A stretch of 63,286 nucleotides of DNA, filler included, from Olpidium bornovanus S191 (lineage: Eukaryota; Fungi; Olpidiomycota): NCBI GenBank assembly GCA_017911155.1. It is 30 parts of 30 records of this genome, joined end to end, with 100 filler letters (N's around TTAATTAATTAA, not from the genome) between each part and the next. Parts side by side here need not be neighbours in the genome. Positions count along the whole stretch, not along the records: positions 1 to 1,431 come from JAEFCI010007686.1; positions 1,532 to 3,100 come from JAEFCI010005152.1; positions 3,201 to 5,137 come from JAEFCI010011834.1; positions 5,238 to 6,292 come from JAEFCI010006281.1; positions 6,393 to 8,717 come from JAEFCI010010507.1; positions 8,818 to 13,280 come from JAEFCI010007500.1; positions 13,381 to 14,855 come from JAEFCI010004206.1; 23 more parts are not named here. One strand, written 5' to 3'. This document shows positions 1 to 14,955 of this stretch, in pieces. Position numbers and translations under genes: made by a program. Position 1 is the stretch's first letter, and each line of letters starts with the position of its first letter. The notes under the pieces are model-generated. The model was not told where the DNA came from. It was given only the letters and a program-made list of their open reading frames with translations, and ran no database searches.

Positions 1-1429
<1,429 letters not shown>

Positions 1430-1431
1430 GG

Positions 1432-1531
1432 NNNNNNNNNNNNNNNNNNNNNNNNNNNNNNNNNNNNNNNNNNNNTTAATTAATTAANNNNNNNNNNNNN
1501 NNNNNNNNNNNNNNNNNNNNNNNNNNNNNNN
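1432..1531. other. first of 29 artificial contig spacers (44 N + TTAATTAATTAA + 44 N); the last is at 61541-61640
   Basis: Identical 100-bp linker repeated throughout; the 12-mer places stops in all six frames. Confidence 0.98.
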
Positions 1532-1536
1532 CCCGT

Positions 1537-1595
<59 letters not shown>

Positions 1596-2299
1596 AGCGG
1601 CGCCTTCAGCCCCCGTTGCCCCCCCCCCCCCCCACCATCCCGTTCCACTTCCCCGTTTGGCGACCGGGGAGGGTGAAGGCGGGAGCGCCGGGGTCGATCC
1701 TCTTGCCGACTGAACCTTTTTTTTTGCCTCCGCCCTCCCGCGCTTTTGTTCACTCGTGTAAATCTCCGTAACCAGGTTATTTCCTGGGGCCCAAAGGCCC
1801 GATGGAAGATCGATTTACTGCTTCTGCCACCTGAACCGCCCAACGTCCGGAAAGGAGTGAAGCCCGTCACTACGGCTTCCGGTCACCTTTTGTCCAACCA
1901 TCGTTCCTCCGCACCGCGTCGGGAAGTCGATATCGACGGCGCCGGCAAGCCTTCCGAAAACACGTCCACCTCGTCGAAGGCTGAGCCCAATCAGCTGGTC
2001 CTAAAAGATCAGGTATGTCCGACAAGCGCGACGAACGTCGAGCGCCGCCCTGTTCGTCAGGACAAATATGTGGTGTACTACGCACCGCGCAGCTCGCGCA
2101 CGCGAATAGGAGAATCAAGTTCCTGGAAATGCTCGGGGATCGCCAGGAGAGGGAGATGTCTGAGAAGGTGCGTAGACAGCCGAGTGGCCCTCGAAATCTT
2201 TGCCGTTCGAGGTATTACGCCGCGCGGCAAAAATTACACGTCCGCTCGATCGCCGGCCTCCTGACGACGACCCCGCCGTCTATTTTCTCCTGAGGACAG

Positions 2300-3100
2300 T
2301 TGGCGGAGGCGACACTCCGGGCCGAGAAAGCGGCCGAAGAGGCCCGGGAGCTAGGCCGGCGGCTCCAGCGGCAGGAGCAGGAGCTGCGGGCGCGGCACGA
2401 GGTCGAGCGCCGGTTGCAGGAGCGCGAGCTGCAGGTGCTGTCGCGGAAATTCCGGGCGCTGACGGGAGCCAGGCGGTTCGCGGCCTCCGCGGCCGAGGGC
2501 GACGGCCAGGGCGGCGACTCGGGTTACGACGAGGAAGCGGGGGCGCACGCGCGCCGCCAGCGCGACCTGGAGGCCCGCCTCGCGCTCGAGGAAAAGGCGC
2601 ACGTCCGAGAGGTGCGCGCCCTGCGCCGGCAGCTGAGGGCTTCGGAGGCGCGCGCCGCGACGAGCGAGGGCGAGCTCGCGGAGGAGAGGCGGCGGGTCGC
2701 GATGTACGCCGAGTACGCCGAGCGCGCGCAGGCCCACGCCGCCCGGCACTACCGCCTCGCCGAGCAGCAGCTGGCGATGATGCTGAGAAGCTTCTTCGGC
2801 TGCCAGCCCGCGGAGGGCGCGAACGCGGGCGACGCCGGGCCCGCCGATAATCCGTGGGCCGCCTTCGGCGAACGCAGGCGCGTCCGATCCGGGCTGGACG
2901 ACCTGGCCGAGGTCGCCGAGGCGCAGGCCGGCGGCCGCTGCCCGCACCGATCCGAGGCCACCGCGGTGTACCCCGGCGGCATGACCCCCGCCAGCATTTG
3001 CGGCACGGACCAGGACGGTACGGTTGCGTGGACGAGAGCCCTCGACGCCGATTGCGTGTTGTCCGAGGACAACGACGGTATCATTCCAACCGCTGCTTCC
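2300..3100 (+). CDS. coiled-coil protein of unknown family (main exon; probable upstream exons ~1775-2167; partial)
   Basis: Long GC-rich E/R/L/A heptad ORF after a cag acceptor at 2299; gtatgt/gtgcgt donors upstream. Confidence 0.55.
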
Positions 3101-4106
3101 NNNNNNNNNNNNNNNNNNNNNNNNNNNNNNNNNNNNNNNNNNNNTTAATTAATTAANNNNNNNNNNNNNNNNNNNNNNNNNNNNNNNNNNNNNNNNNNNN
3201 CATGGGAGCAGTGCAGAATTATTGTTCCAGGGGGGTTTTGGCCCTTCCCCCCTGACAACTACCACGCCGATCGCGGTTGTTCTTGCACATCACCGGGCCG
3301 CTGCGATAATGCGTTGAGCTTGTGGGGAGTCACCAACAAAAAAACGCAAGTAACTAAAAATCCCTTTTTCGTCAATATGCTGGAGAACCAGTTTCCATTT
3401 CTAATCGCCGGAAACAAACAAAAAAAAAAAAGGCTTTGGACTTTTCTCTTCAAATCCCGGTGTGGTCAGGATTTAGTGCTGTTTTCCGTTCGGCCCGAGT
3501 GATATAGCCAGCTGAAGTCGGCAACCATCGCACGGAGGCGGCGCCGATTTGATACGCCCCAATTCGTAACTCAGACAAATTTTCCAAAAATGCAAAATTA
3601 GTGGGAGCCTGCTCTTTTAGCATCAAAGAAAAACATAACACTAAAATATAACAAACTAAATTTCTGGGATAGATTATGTCACTTAGAACTCCTTCTGCGC
3701 CATTTCGGCATCAGCAGCGTTTAGCCTGATGGCGTTAAGGCTCAATATGCCTCCACGTTCTGGTGCTGAAGCATCGGACCTGCGCAAGAAAAAGGCCATC
3801 GAAGATGGTGGTGGTCACGGTGCCGGCGCCGTCGTACTCCTTCCCCTCCTACGCTGCGACGACGCCAAGCCGAGTGCGTCTGCGGTGCCGATCACGTGAC
3901 GTCACCGCGACACGTCAGGCGCCACACCAACGGAGTCCGGTGAGCAGTCTCGTGGCGTCACGGTTTCGTTCAGCGCATTCCCCGCAGCCGATGGCTATGG
4001 AGTACAGTTCATTTCCGCGGACGCGAACGTGAACTTCTCCACGGGAAAAGAGCGCTCGCCGCCGGAACCCGCGTGTGGGCGAAATGTCAAGCCGTCCCGG
4101 GAGGAA

Positions 4107-5018
4107 TCACCCGTCTATCCTCGCCACGACCCTCGACGGCTCGTCGTCGCGTTCTACGTCAATATCGTCGTCCGTCGTGCCCACCCTGACTGCCGCTGCT
4201 TGTTCCTCTGTATTAGCCTCGCGCGGGGTGGTTTTCTTTGCGCCTTCGGCAGGTTCCTCTTGTCCGCCCGCATCCTTCTCCCCCTCCTCGTCGTCATCCT
4301 CATCGTCCTCCTCATCCTCGGGAGCGACCGGCACGAAGAACTCCTCACTGAAGCTGTCCGACTCATAGTCCGCAAAAACGGGCCTATCCCTCGTCACCAC
4401 GTCGACGTCTTCATCCTCATCGGAAGCCTGGGACGACTTTCGAGGTTCCTTCTCCGGGAGCTTTTTCCGGAAATGGCCACGGGTTCGACAAAAAAAAAAA
4501 AAAAAAAAAAGGGCACGACGAATCGGGTCAACCGGTCGGTCATTTTTTGAACTTTGATAATGAGAATTCTGCGCCCGCTCCCAGCAGGCAAATGAAAAAA
4601 CAATAAAACACGCGGCAGGATGAGCCTGAAACACTCACAATGTCAAACTCATCCTCCCTCTCCTCGTACTCGACGTTCTCCTCCAATTCGACGAAATCGG
4701 GCGCAAAAGCCGACCAGCTCTCCTGGTACCGGTTAGCCCATATGTACACCAGGCCTTTCCGGTTCGACACCGTCGCAATTATGGGCCGCACGGGGTGCCA
4801 CTGCGTAATAAGTCGCGCCGGTCATTGGCAACGTAGAGTAAACAGCTGGCGCAACCGCCCGCACCACGAAATAGAGCAGCGGGCCGCAACGCATACGCAC
4901 CCGTAATAACTTACATCCAAAGCTTCTAGTCCCTCCTTCGGCCCTTCCAGGATCTTCACCAGGTTGCCTGATTCGCGCTCCCATATGTACATATTGTGTT
5001 GGCCCTGTTTCGCAGAGC
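4107..5018 (-). CDS. SWD1: COMPASS WD40 subunit Swd1/RBBP5, C-terminal exons (5' truncated)
   Basis: HNMYIWERESGNLVKILEGPKEGL / WHPVRPIIATVS...ESWSAFAPDFVELEENVEYEEREDEFDI / DEDVDVVT matches the RBBP5 hinge; introns 4914-4801 and from 4638. Confidence 0.93.
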
Positions 5019-6392
5019 CTGAAAAAATATATATTCCTCCGCCGTCACGTTCCCAGGTCGAGCAAAAATGCCGTGTCGGGTATCCCTCCAATCGGACAGA
5101 ACGGCTCTCCCACACATTGTGCGAAAAAAATGGGCGANNNNNNNNNNNNNNNNNNNNNNNNNNNNNNNNNNNNNNNNNNNNTTAATTAATTAANNNNNNN
5201 NNNNNNNNNNNNNNNNNNNNNNNNNNNNNNNNNNNNNCATGTCGCACGGGCTCCGGATATCACTGCAGCTTCCGTTAGGCTGCCGTTTCGCTGTGCCCGC
5301 CTCTCGAAGCCTCTGCGTCTTTTTATTTTAAATGTGCCAATTTCGTTCTTTTTCTGGAGGGCGTGCTGCCGTCGACGGCTTTTCACGGGTGCCGCCGCAG
5401 AATCGGAGAGTAAACGTCCATATGGACACGAAGCGGGAAACCGCAACAGTGATGAAGACTTACCGGGTTGGGAGTTTTTGGCAGAAGTTCTGGAAACTGG
5501 ACCTCGGAAGGGGAACGAATGCAAACAGCGGAACGTGCGACACATCGTGCCGGCCCCAGCGTGCGGGGAAGGAATGCAGCCGGCGTGCACCTTAGGGGGT
5601 TAGCGTTAGGGTTGGTTTAGGATGGCGTTGAACCACGGGCGTGTTTGCGCCAGGGGTTTGGGCCTGATGCAGCACAATGATGCCCATACGTTTTAATGTG
5701 GGATTGGTATGGTTCCCGAATCGCTGGTTCGGGTCTTACGGAATTTCGGGCCCAAAACCCGTCACGGAAAATCCCATACCAACGGCGTCGGCCTGTCACG
5801 TGACCCGCAGCTGCCCTCTACGCAACTCCCGCGTTCCCCCCTCGGCCCCTCCTGACAGAAACGAAAGGGCGGAGGAAGGGGCGGGGGGCGGCTGCGGCTG
5901 CCGTCCCTTCCCCCTTCCCCCTTGCCCGCATTACGGAGAGCAGGGATAAGATTGGGTAAAATTCAAGGCCAATTCAACGCGAAAGATTTGCACGGACGGG
6001 AAACGTAAGTGTTGTGCTGAACACAGAGCGGGCGGGCCGTTATTGGTCGCAGGCGCAGGCACAGCAAAGCGAACATGGCATGTTTAGATTAGAGCGGGAA
6101 TGGGATTTGCCATGGGCAAATCCCAAGCCGAGGTGGAATGCACGGCCCAGAGCCAACAGATGGGAAAGATGGCATGTTTTAGTGTGGTTGATGTAGATCA
6201 GGGATAGGATTGGCCACAGGTGAATCCAACCCGAGATGTGCGTCTACGGCAGAGAGCCCACGGACGGGGGAGACTTTGGTATCAGACGGATCNNNNNNNN
6301 NNNNNNNNNNNNNNNNNNNNNNNNNNNNNNNNNNNNTTAATTAATTAANNNNNNNNNNNNNNNNNNNNNNNNNNNNNNNNNNNNNNNNNNNN

Positions 6393-8033
6393 CCAAACCT
6401 CGCGGAGGACTCGACAAGCCAGCCTCGTGGCGGTCCCGCCGCGGAGGAGGTGGGCCAGGTGCCGCTCCGGATCCGACATTGCGCGCGTGAACCCTTCGGC
6501 GTCGGCGGGCATGGCCTGTACGAGCTCGCCGACCTCTTTCCACACCGGGACGGGGAGGTAATGCCAGGATTTGCCTCCGATCCGTGCCGCGTGCGCCGTC
6601 CGCTTGTGCGCCGCGAATTCTCCAGGTGTCCCTGTTTGTGCGTCGTCCTCGCCGTGGCGATCCGTGTGCGCGTCGTTCTCGCCGCAGCCTTCTGCGTGGC
6701 CGGCGAACCACAGGGCGATCTCGTCCGACAATTCCTCTTCCACCTTTTCCATCGCGGTCTGCGCACGGCCGCCCTTCGCAGAACCAAGGGAGGACAACCG
6801 GTAGGCATTGTCGAACGCATCCGGATTGATGCTGTCGATGTCATTCTCCGCCACGGACACCGGCGAGACGGGGCGGCTGCCGTCGTAGAACAACTCCGAG
6901 TCTTCGTCCCCTCCGCCGGCGCCAAACGCCCTCCCCGTGGTTGAGTCGACGCCAAAGGTCGCAGGGTCCGCACACTGCCGCCTGCTCTCTCCCTCGTCAA
7001 AATCCTCGGATTCGATGGGCAGCGCCGTCTTCCGGCCCCGTCCTCCTGGGCCCAACTCGTCGCCCCACTCTTTGAGCCCCGTACGCAACCCGGAATGCGC
7101 GTATCGGTCCTCCAGGTAGTCTCCGAAACCAGCAGCGGCCCCGTTGGGCGGATTGGACGCGCCAAGAGGCGATCGAGATTCGGACACACGCCGCCGAAGG
7201 TTCATCTCCGCACTTGGGGATCCGAAGTTGTCACAGGTACCCAACGGGGTCCTTGGAGGAACCGGTACATTGCCAGGAGAGGAGGGACGCGGTGGTGCGT
7301 CCTCCGCGGTGTACAGCGGCTCTGCCGCTTCGCCATCGTCATGATGGGCGTCCTCTGCGGTCTCCTTGGCTTCCGGAATTTCTTCGGAAAAACCGTCCGA
7401 TGGCGGGTGCTCCATGGCAACGCTGGTCGCATCGAGACCCAGGTGACCGCCAATCGGCTCGCTTTCGTTGCCGAGGTAAAAGGACGGCGGGTCCTTCCAC
7501 CTCCAGGGAGACGGAAACCCTGGCGACCTGCGCCGGCTTCCAGAATCGCGCGCCTCGCCGGCTTCCACCTTCTCTCCCTCTAAAACCGCGGCCTCTTCGC
7601 CGTACCCCGCCTCCTCACCGCGCTTGTGGACATAGCGCGACTCCCGCAAGCGACCAGGCGTCGCCTCCTCCGCCGGCTCTTCCCACTCGGACAGCTGGTC
7701 GGAATCCGCGGCCGCGGCGCACAGGTAGTCCAGCACGCCGTCGTCGCAAGCGGCACCTTCTTCTTCTTCTTTTTTTTCTTCTTCTTCATTTCTTTCTTCT
7801 TCTTCTTCTTCTTCCGCCAGCTGCTCCTCGTTTTCTTCCGGGCGGTCGCCGCGGTCGTGTCCGGCCGCGTCTTGTGCCGCGGCGGCGGCGGCGGCGGCGG
7901 CGGGCGGCAGGCTCGCAGGCAGCGAACGGCGGCGGCCTTCGCGAGCGGAGTCCTGCGGCGGCGGCGGCGGCGGCGGCGGCGGGCGGTCGAGCGCGGCGGC
8001 GCTTGCGCGACGGGCCTGCTTGTGTCCGATCAT
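6393..8033 (-). CDS. acidic low-complexity protein of unknown function (3' truncated)
   Basis: Over 540 stop-free codons from ATG 8033; poly-E/K, poly-A and poly-P tracts; no recognisable domain. Confidence 0.5.
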
Positions 8034-8662
8034 GGCGGTTTGGCCCGCAGCGAGCGGGGAGTGCGCGTGGCGGTTTTTTTTTTTTTTTTTTTTTTTCGGC
8101 GGGTGGGGGAAACACGGTCCTCTCTCGGCGTGGCGGCTGCGGCTGCGTAAGGCGCGCGGGCGCGGGTTTTTTTTTTTTTTTTTTTTTTTTCCTTCGTTTT
8201 TTTTTTCCGCGGGCGGGCGGGCGTGCCAAAAAAGCGCCCCCCGGCTTTGATTTCCGCCCGCCCGCCGCCGCGCAGCCCAGGCAGGCGGCGCTGCCTTTTC
8301 GCCCCCGAAACGGAGGAGGCCCAAAGAGGCTTCTTCTTCGGCGTGTGCGGTCCAAATCCATTCCCCGCCGCCAGCTTGCTCCGTGCAGAGCACACCCCGT
8401 CCCCCGTAGGACTGCGCCGTTGGCCTAACTGACGCACCGCGGCAAAAAAAAAAAAAACAAAAAAAAAACACGTTCCCTGCGCTACCCCGCCCAGCTCCCT
8501 CGCAGCTGCTCGTAGTGCAATGGCAAGCGCTTTCCCTCGAGTTCGGTCGGCGAACGACGTGCGTACACGGCAAGCTCCAGGAAGACGGCGGGACAAAAAA
8601 AAAAAAAATAATTATTATTATTAAAGGGGGGGGAGATGGAACCGGGACAAGGGGGTCGGGGC

Positions 8663-8699
<37 letters not shown>

Positions 8700-8817
8700 C
8701 CCCCCCCCCCGCCCCACNNNNNNNNNNNNNNNNNNNNNNNNNNNNNNNNNNNNNNNNNNNNTTAATTAATTAANNNNNNNNNNNNNNNNNNNNNNNNNNN
8801 NNNNNNNNNNNNNNNNN

Positions 8818-8909
<92 letters not shown>

Positions 8910-9419
8910 CCCTCCTCGTCCAGCGGCCGCAAACAGAGCGCTTTGAATGGGAGGCGACGTCTTCTTCGCCAGCACCGACTCCGCCAGCCCCTGCTTCCCG
9001 CTCCAGCCCCCGTCGCCCCACAGCGTCAGCCGCCACGGCCGCCACCACAACCACGCCTTTTTCGCCCCCGGCTGCGGCGGCGGCGGCGGCCCCTCGCGCC
9101 CCGCCGCTGCCGCCTTGCGCCACGCCGGCGGCGGCCCCTCGCGCCCCGCCGCTGCCCTGCCGCCTTCGCCTTCCGCCGTCGACGCGCCCGCCAGGCCCCA
9201 CGCCCTCCCGTCTGTGTCGTTCCTTGCGGCGAAGGAGAGAAGGCTGGCCGCCCGAGACTCGGCGAGCTGTGAGTAGGCCGGAAGGGGTTTTTTGCTTGTT
9301 TCCGCGGACGGGGGAAGGACGGGACGAGAGACAGGGGAAGGTGGGGGCGGGGTGGGGAGTGGTTGGGAAAGAGAGGGACAGAGGAACAGAGAACGGGGTG
9401 CGTTCCGGCCGCCTGACGC

Positions 9420-10669
9420 ATGCGCGCGGTCAACTCTTTTGACCTCGATCCTACGCTGTCCCCCGAAGCTCGCAAGAGAAAGCAACTGTCGTCTGACGAC
9501 GACGATGAGTCGATGTGCGGGGACGGGTCCTCCGCTGCCTCTCCCACTTCGGAGAGGCCCGTCTCACCGGTCCCCACGCAAGACAACTCTTTACTCGGCG
9601 CTAAGAGGGCAAAGGTCGAGGGTGCCCGGCAGACGCCACTGACGAAGCTACTCGGTGAGCTGTCTCGTAATAGGAGGCCAGTGGGCTTTTCTTTTCTTGT
9701 TTTTTTTTTTTTTTTTTTTTTTTTTCCTGGTCGGCGCAACCCCGGGTTTCTCGAACGCGCAGAATATTTTGCGGGCACTCTTGTTTTCTCGTCGGCAAAC
9801 CCGGCTCACCGTATGCTTCGCCTTCTTCTGTCTCTATGTTAATGTGGTGGTTGAAAAGACACCTTGGACAAAGCGCAACTGCTCAACCTGATCGTGACGA
9901 TGGCGGAACAGTTCCCGGCATTAAGGGATTACGTGGATTCGCAAGTGCCTCGGCCTACGCTCCAAGGCGTACAAGTTCTCTTGCAGAACCTGGAGAAGAA
10001 GCTCCGCGACGCTTTTCCGTACACCAAGTGGGGACCTTTGCGGGATGATTACGCGTTCAATCGCGTAAAGCCGCTGCTTCTGGAAATTAAGGTAAACGTA
10101 CCTCTACTCTATCCACTGGCATCCTCTCGACTGCTGTTTTCTGGGCATTTCATATTAAGCCGTGGTATGTTACCTTTATTTAGGACACGGTGCTCACGTT
10201 TTCCCAGCACTTTGCCGGCCCGGAAAGGTTTCCAACGACGGCTTTTCCCTTCCTTTACGAGGCGGCGAACGTGGCGTTCCGCTTGCCGGAGTGGGACAAG
10301 CCGCAGAATAACACCATCAAGTTTGACCTCGTCGCCGCCCTGCTTGAGTCTTACCGTCTCACGGTAGAATCCACCGGCGCCAAAACTTCGGCGGGGAAGT
10401 TATTCGGCATGCAGGTCGTTGACGGCTGGGCCCGTGATATCCTTTCTCTCATCAGGACCTTTTCAGAAAGCGCAGGTGCCGGAGAGGTGGCGCCGGCTGC
10501 GGCTGCTGGGGAAGCTGCGGCTGTTGGAGTGGGAGCGGAGCGACAGGCCTGCTGGCGGGCCCTCCTCCAGATCGCCCGCGAATTCGGAGACAATCTCGGG
10601 TGGATGTGTTCGCCGTCCACGCTGCAACAACTCCGCCACGCCGTCGACCGCGACGTGAGCGGCGGTTAG
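9420..10669 (+). CDS. STS1: Sts1/Cut8 nuclear proteasome tethering factor; exons ~9420-9654, 9859-10091, 10184-10669
   Basis: RKRK NLS-like motif; LLDTLDKAQL...PRPTL...FPYTKWGPLRDDYAFNRVKPLLLE...LPEWDKPQNN fits the Cut8 domain; canonical splice sites; true start uncertain. Confidence 0.85.
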
Positions 10670-11099
10670 GTGGATACTCGACGCCCTTTGGCAGATGCCA
10701 TCAGAGGGCTTAATTGTCTTTCGGCACTCACCGCCTTTTTTGATCTCGAATCCTAAATATGTTGCAGCATTTTACCCCAAACCCCGAGAATTTCCCCCCC
10801 CGTGCCACCGTGTATACTCCTCTTTAGCCTTTTCTTATCCTGAGGTCCGCGTGCCCTGCCGCCCTCTCTGCTCCAGCAGCAGTTTGGCCTCTTGATCCCA
10901 TACAATTGGCAGGTTTTCAAAGCTCGTGCCGACCACAATGAGAAGGCTTTGTTTGAACACAAAGGTTGATTGTTGGGGCGTGATAAGGGGGGCGGGCGGA
11001 GGGGGCGGGGAGAACGCTCCTCCCAGACGTTAGGCCGGGCACCTACGGATCCGTAGCTCCCGCGCGGACAAAAATTGCGGAATAAGAACCATGAGGTTT

Positions 11100-13100
11100 C
11101 ACAATGTCCTCTCCACCGAGTGCACGGCGCAAATCATGCACCTCGTACGTACGCTAGATTTGCAAGGAATTCTTTTTAAAGGTGGGTGGCGAGGCGCGAC
11201 CTTCGCCTAAACGGCGACGGGGGAAAACTCGCAAGGTGACCCAAGGAGCCTCCGACACCAAGACCAAGACGCCGAAAGGATTTCAAAAAGTTTCGCTTGT
11301 GACAAAGCGGGACACATTGCACGGAATTTTATGTCACGCGCCTCGCAAGGACATGGGAATTACGAAAGTCAAATAGGACGCAACCACGAAGAATGAAAGC
11401 AAGGAAACAATCGTCGGATGCGTGACAAAACATCACGGACGGCGTCGCACAATCGGGGAACACAAAGCTCCAACCAGCTTCTCACGATAAACAGCGACAC
11501 CACACGAGGCGCATGTTCCGCGATCGAAGGGTGGTTTGCCGAAGTCCGGTTATCCAAACAAGCATATCTGGACAGCGTCCAAGGCGAACGAACCAGTCGA
11601 TCTGGGGGGGCGCCGCCGAAATCCCGGAAAAACACGGGAATGAACTCAGTGAGGAGGAACACAAATTGCGTGTTCCTATGTTCAGGGCCGCCGCTCTTCT
11701 CGGCGCCCGCCATTACCCTACAAAAAGGAATCGAGGCCACGTTCGGGCCGACGGGGAAAGCGTACATTCGCCAAGGACGGCCTGGTAGAAGCCACGGGCA
11801 CCCGCGACGACCCGCGGCCCGGTTCTCTCTACCTTGACGGATCGGTACCAAACACGGAAGGCACACTCACCGCACAGGGATGAGCGACCCACGAGAGGCG
11901 GCACACCCGTCTTGAGCACCTCGGCTGAGACAATCTCGGTAGCTGCAAGGACAAGCAGAAGGCGACCTCTCCCGACTCAGCCGGATGATTCCGACAGATC
12001 AGAGAGTTGCGCCCCCGTTGCCGACCGGGAGAACAAGTGCGAAAAGCACACACACTCCATTCCGAAGCAACAGCAAAACCCAGGGGGCTTGATACACGCA
12101 GACATGGTGGCACCATTTCCCGCATCCATACACGGGCAAACAAGTACGTCCTGAACTTTGTCGAAGAAGCAAAACAGGACATGCCAAGGCACGTCTTTCT
12201 ATGACACTCTTCGAACAAGTCTTCCTTGCACAAAGTCGCGGACAAGAAACCCTTGACGTACTGACAGGCCACGGCGGCCGAACCGGCGAATGGCGCAATG
12301 CAAACGGAAATGGACCCCCTCCAGACCTTCCGCATCATGGGAGCTAGTCGATCGGCCCCGAGACTGACGTGTACTCACGGGGAAGTGGGTATTCAAGCTA
12401 AAAAAGAAATTAACTCCGACGGGTCCATAAACAAGTACCGAGCAAGATTTTGTCGCTTAGGGGATCTTCACAGACAAAGGGTGTGGGTTACAACGAGAAC
12501 TTTCGCACCGGTGGCCTCAGCAGACACCTTGCGCCCGATTATTGCTGTTGGCAGTGGGTATATTTAGAAGCGAGACGTTCGCCCTCGCCTGCGTGAATGG
12601 AGAATTGCACGAAGAGATCTACCTGGAGCAGCCGGAAAAGGATTTCCACCTCCGGAAGCAAAAAGTCTGCTGCCAAATCAGGGCGGTATATGGAATTGAA
12701 GCAGAGGCGGCCGCGTTTTGGAATTATCGACTACACCAAGAAGAGCTCTCGGACAAAGGATCTTACCGGTAAGAGTCAAGGAAAAGGCTATAATGCAGAA
12801 ATTCAAGGCGCCGTAGGAAGCGGCCTTTTTGCTCTATACTCGGCGTCGGAGTGACGTTTAACGACAAAAATTTCAGACTACCGGATCAGGAGCATCGTGT
12901 CAAAAAGCTACTCCATTAGGTTCCACATGGGGGGGGAGAGGCCAAGCGGGTCACAATGCCGCTGGAGATCGGAAGCTCGGAACAACTTTGTCGATTCCCA
13001 AATTTGGGACAAGTGACACAAAGGAGGAGGACTTTGAGCGGACCCGCAGAGGCCGTCGGATTCCTCATGTGGTTGATCACCGCGACGCTGGAGAATAGGT
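11100..13100 (+). mobile_element. decayed Ty1/copia retrotransposon pol remnant
   Basis: Frameshifted RT motifs at ~12397-12760: KKEINSDGSINKYRARF, TFAPVA, NGELHEEIYLEQPE, AVYG; boundaries uncertain. Confidence 0.75.
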
Positions 13101-13189
13101 ACACGCGAAGAGGGGAAGCCTAGAGAATAAAAGGGGTAAGGGGGAACCGACCACGTGTGCATCGCGCGCCGAGGATGATTTCACACCCC

Positions 13190-13234
<45 letters not shown>

Positions 13235-14159
13235 TCAAAAAAAAAAAAAAAAAAAAAACAAAAAAAAAACAAAAAACACANNNNNNNNNNNNNNNNNNNN
13301 NNNNNNNNNNNNNNNNNNNNNNNNTTAATTAATTAANNNNNNNNNNNNNNNNNNNNNNNNNNNNNNNNNNNNNNNNNNNNCCCCGCCGACGCTGTGCAGG
13401 CAGCGCGCGTGATCGCCGCCGCAGACGAACGTCCGCTTAGAATCCTGATCGCCTCCGCTTGAAATCCTACGAGAACACCCCCCTCCTCGTCTCCCACCCA
13501 GAAGGCGCGCTTGCGTCTTGTTGGAGAGCAAAAAGCGAGCGGAGCGGCCGCCGACTGCCGCCGCAGGGCCCTGGCGCGCGCGGAGCCGAAACCCCCCACC
13601 GGGGATTCTCCGCTGTAAGCTAAATCCGCTCCGCAAGACGTGTTGGCGGCCGCCCTTCGAGCGGCAGGGCGGGCCGAGCGGCCCGAACTGACCCCAGGTT
13701 TTCCCTGACCGGCCCGGCGGCCCGCGCGCGTCGCGAGCGGCGTTACGCGGGGCCGGAGGACGACGCCGCGCGTTTCCGTAGCATCCGGGAGCTTGTTTTT
13801 CGTCATCTTTCTTCCGCTGAAATGTTTCGCGGGAAACACCAGCGCGGGCCACCTTGGTGATAAATCGATGGATTTCTGGTTTTTTTTTAGTGCAAAATTC
13901 CCCGCCCAGACCCGTCTTTTCCCCCGTCCTCCCCCCCCCCCCCCCGGCCCCCCCCCGGGGCCCCCCCCCCCCCTCCCCCCTTCCGAGTCTTCGCCTGCTC
14001 CGTTAATGCGCACCCGGCCCCCATCCCACGCATCCGAGCACCAGGCACCCGTTTGGCTACCCCCCGCCGTCCGCGGTACCGCCCCGCAGACCCCGCCCGC
14101 CGAACCACGCAAAGACCGTCACGTCGAAAGGCTATTCCCAGAAAACAAAAAACAGCCCG

Positions 14160-14821
14160 ATGAGTTCTGAAAAGGTGAAGGCTCCATCGCCTCCCGTTCG
14201 TCTGGAATTTCCGCGGGTGAAAGCGCCGTTTTTGGCCCGCCTAATTCGGCCCGATTCCCGTCGAACCGACCCTGCATCTGACGACAAAAACCTCTGCGCC
14301 ATTTCCCGCGCGCGTAGCCCCGCCCTTTGGTGGTCTCGGGCCCTTCGGGGAGCGGAAAGTCGACACTGCTCAACAGACTGTTCGCGGAGTTTCCCGAAAC
14401 CTTCGGGTTCAGCGTCTCCCGTAAGTGCAGAGCCGTTGGGCGGTCCCCGCAGACGAAGGCCAGCTAGAACGGCAGAAGGACAACGGGACCGCCCGGCGAC
14501 CACACGCTGCTTCCGCTACGTCGACCGCTGACCATTTCGCTCCACGTTTTTTCATTTTTCCAACGTAAAATAACGTCAGACACCACACGCCCGCCCAGAC
14601 CGGGAGAAGAGGATGGAAAACAGTATCACTTGTACTGTGGCTTGTTTTCTCGTCAGGCACTCGCAGCGTCGCTGTCGACGGTCGTTTTTGTCGGGCTGAT
14701 GGGCGCTCCTTTCGCGGCGAATCACGGTCAACAGCATGGACCGTGAGAACTTCCAGAAGATGGTAGACGAAGGAAAGTTTATCGAGCACGCCGAATTCGG
14801 CGGAAATCTTTACGGAACAAG
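14160..14821 (+). CDS. GUK1: guanylate kinase, 3' truncated; exons 14160-14174, 14318-14420, ~14580-14630, ~14735-14821
   Basis: [18 protein letters not shown]-loop; [13 protein letters not shown]; [14 protein letters not shown]. Confidence 0.95.
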
Positions 14822-14955
14822 GTAAAAACTGCTCCGTCGCGACGCCTAAACGCTANNNNNNNNNNNNNNNNNNNNNNNNNNNNNNNNNNNNNNNNNNNNT
14901 TAATTAATTAANNNNNNNNNNNNNNNNNNNNNNNNNNNNNNNNNNNNNNNNNNNN

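Noticed and set aside
1476-1487. TTAATTAATTAA repeated 29 times as a CRISPR-like or regulatory repeat
   Set aside because: Always centred in N runs; an artificial six-frame-stop linker
6345-8717. 790-aa ORF and similar ORFs with poly-K/F/P/G ends or XXX/LIN tails
   Set aside because: The extensions come from homopolymers and spacers; only the internal GC-rich parts are credible
13381-13640. WVGDEEGG as a GH3 DQEGG motif
   Set aside because: The motif probably lies in an intron (tag acceptor just after) and there is no supporting context; gene left uncalled
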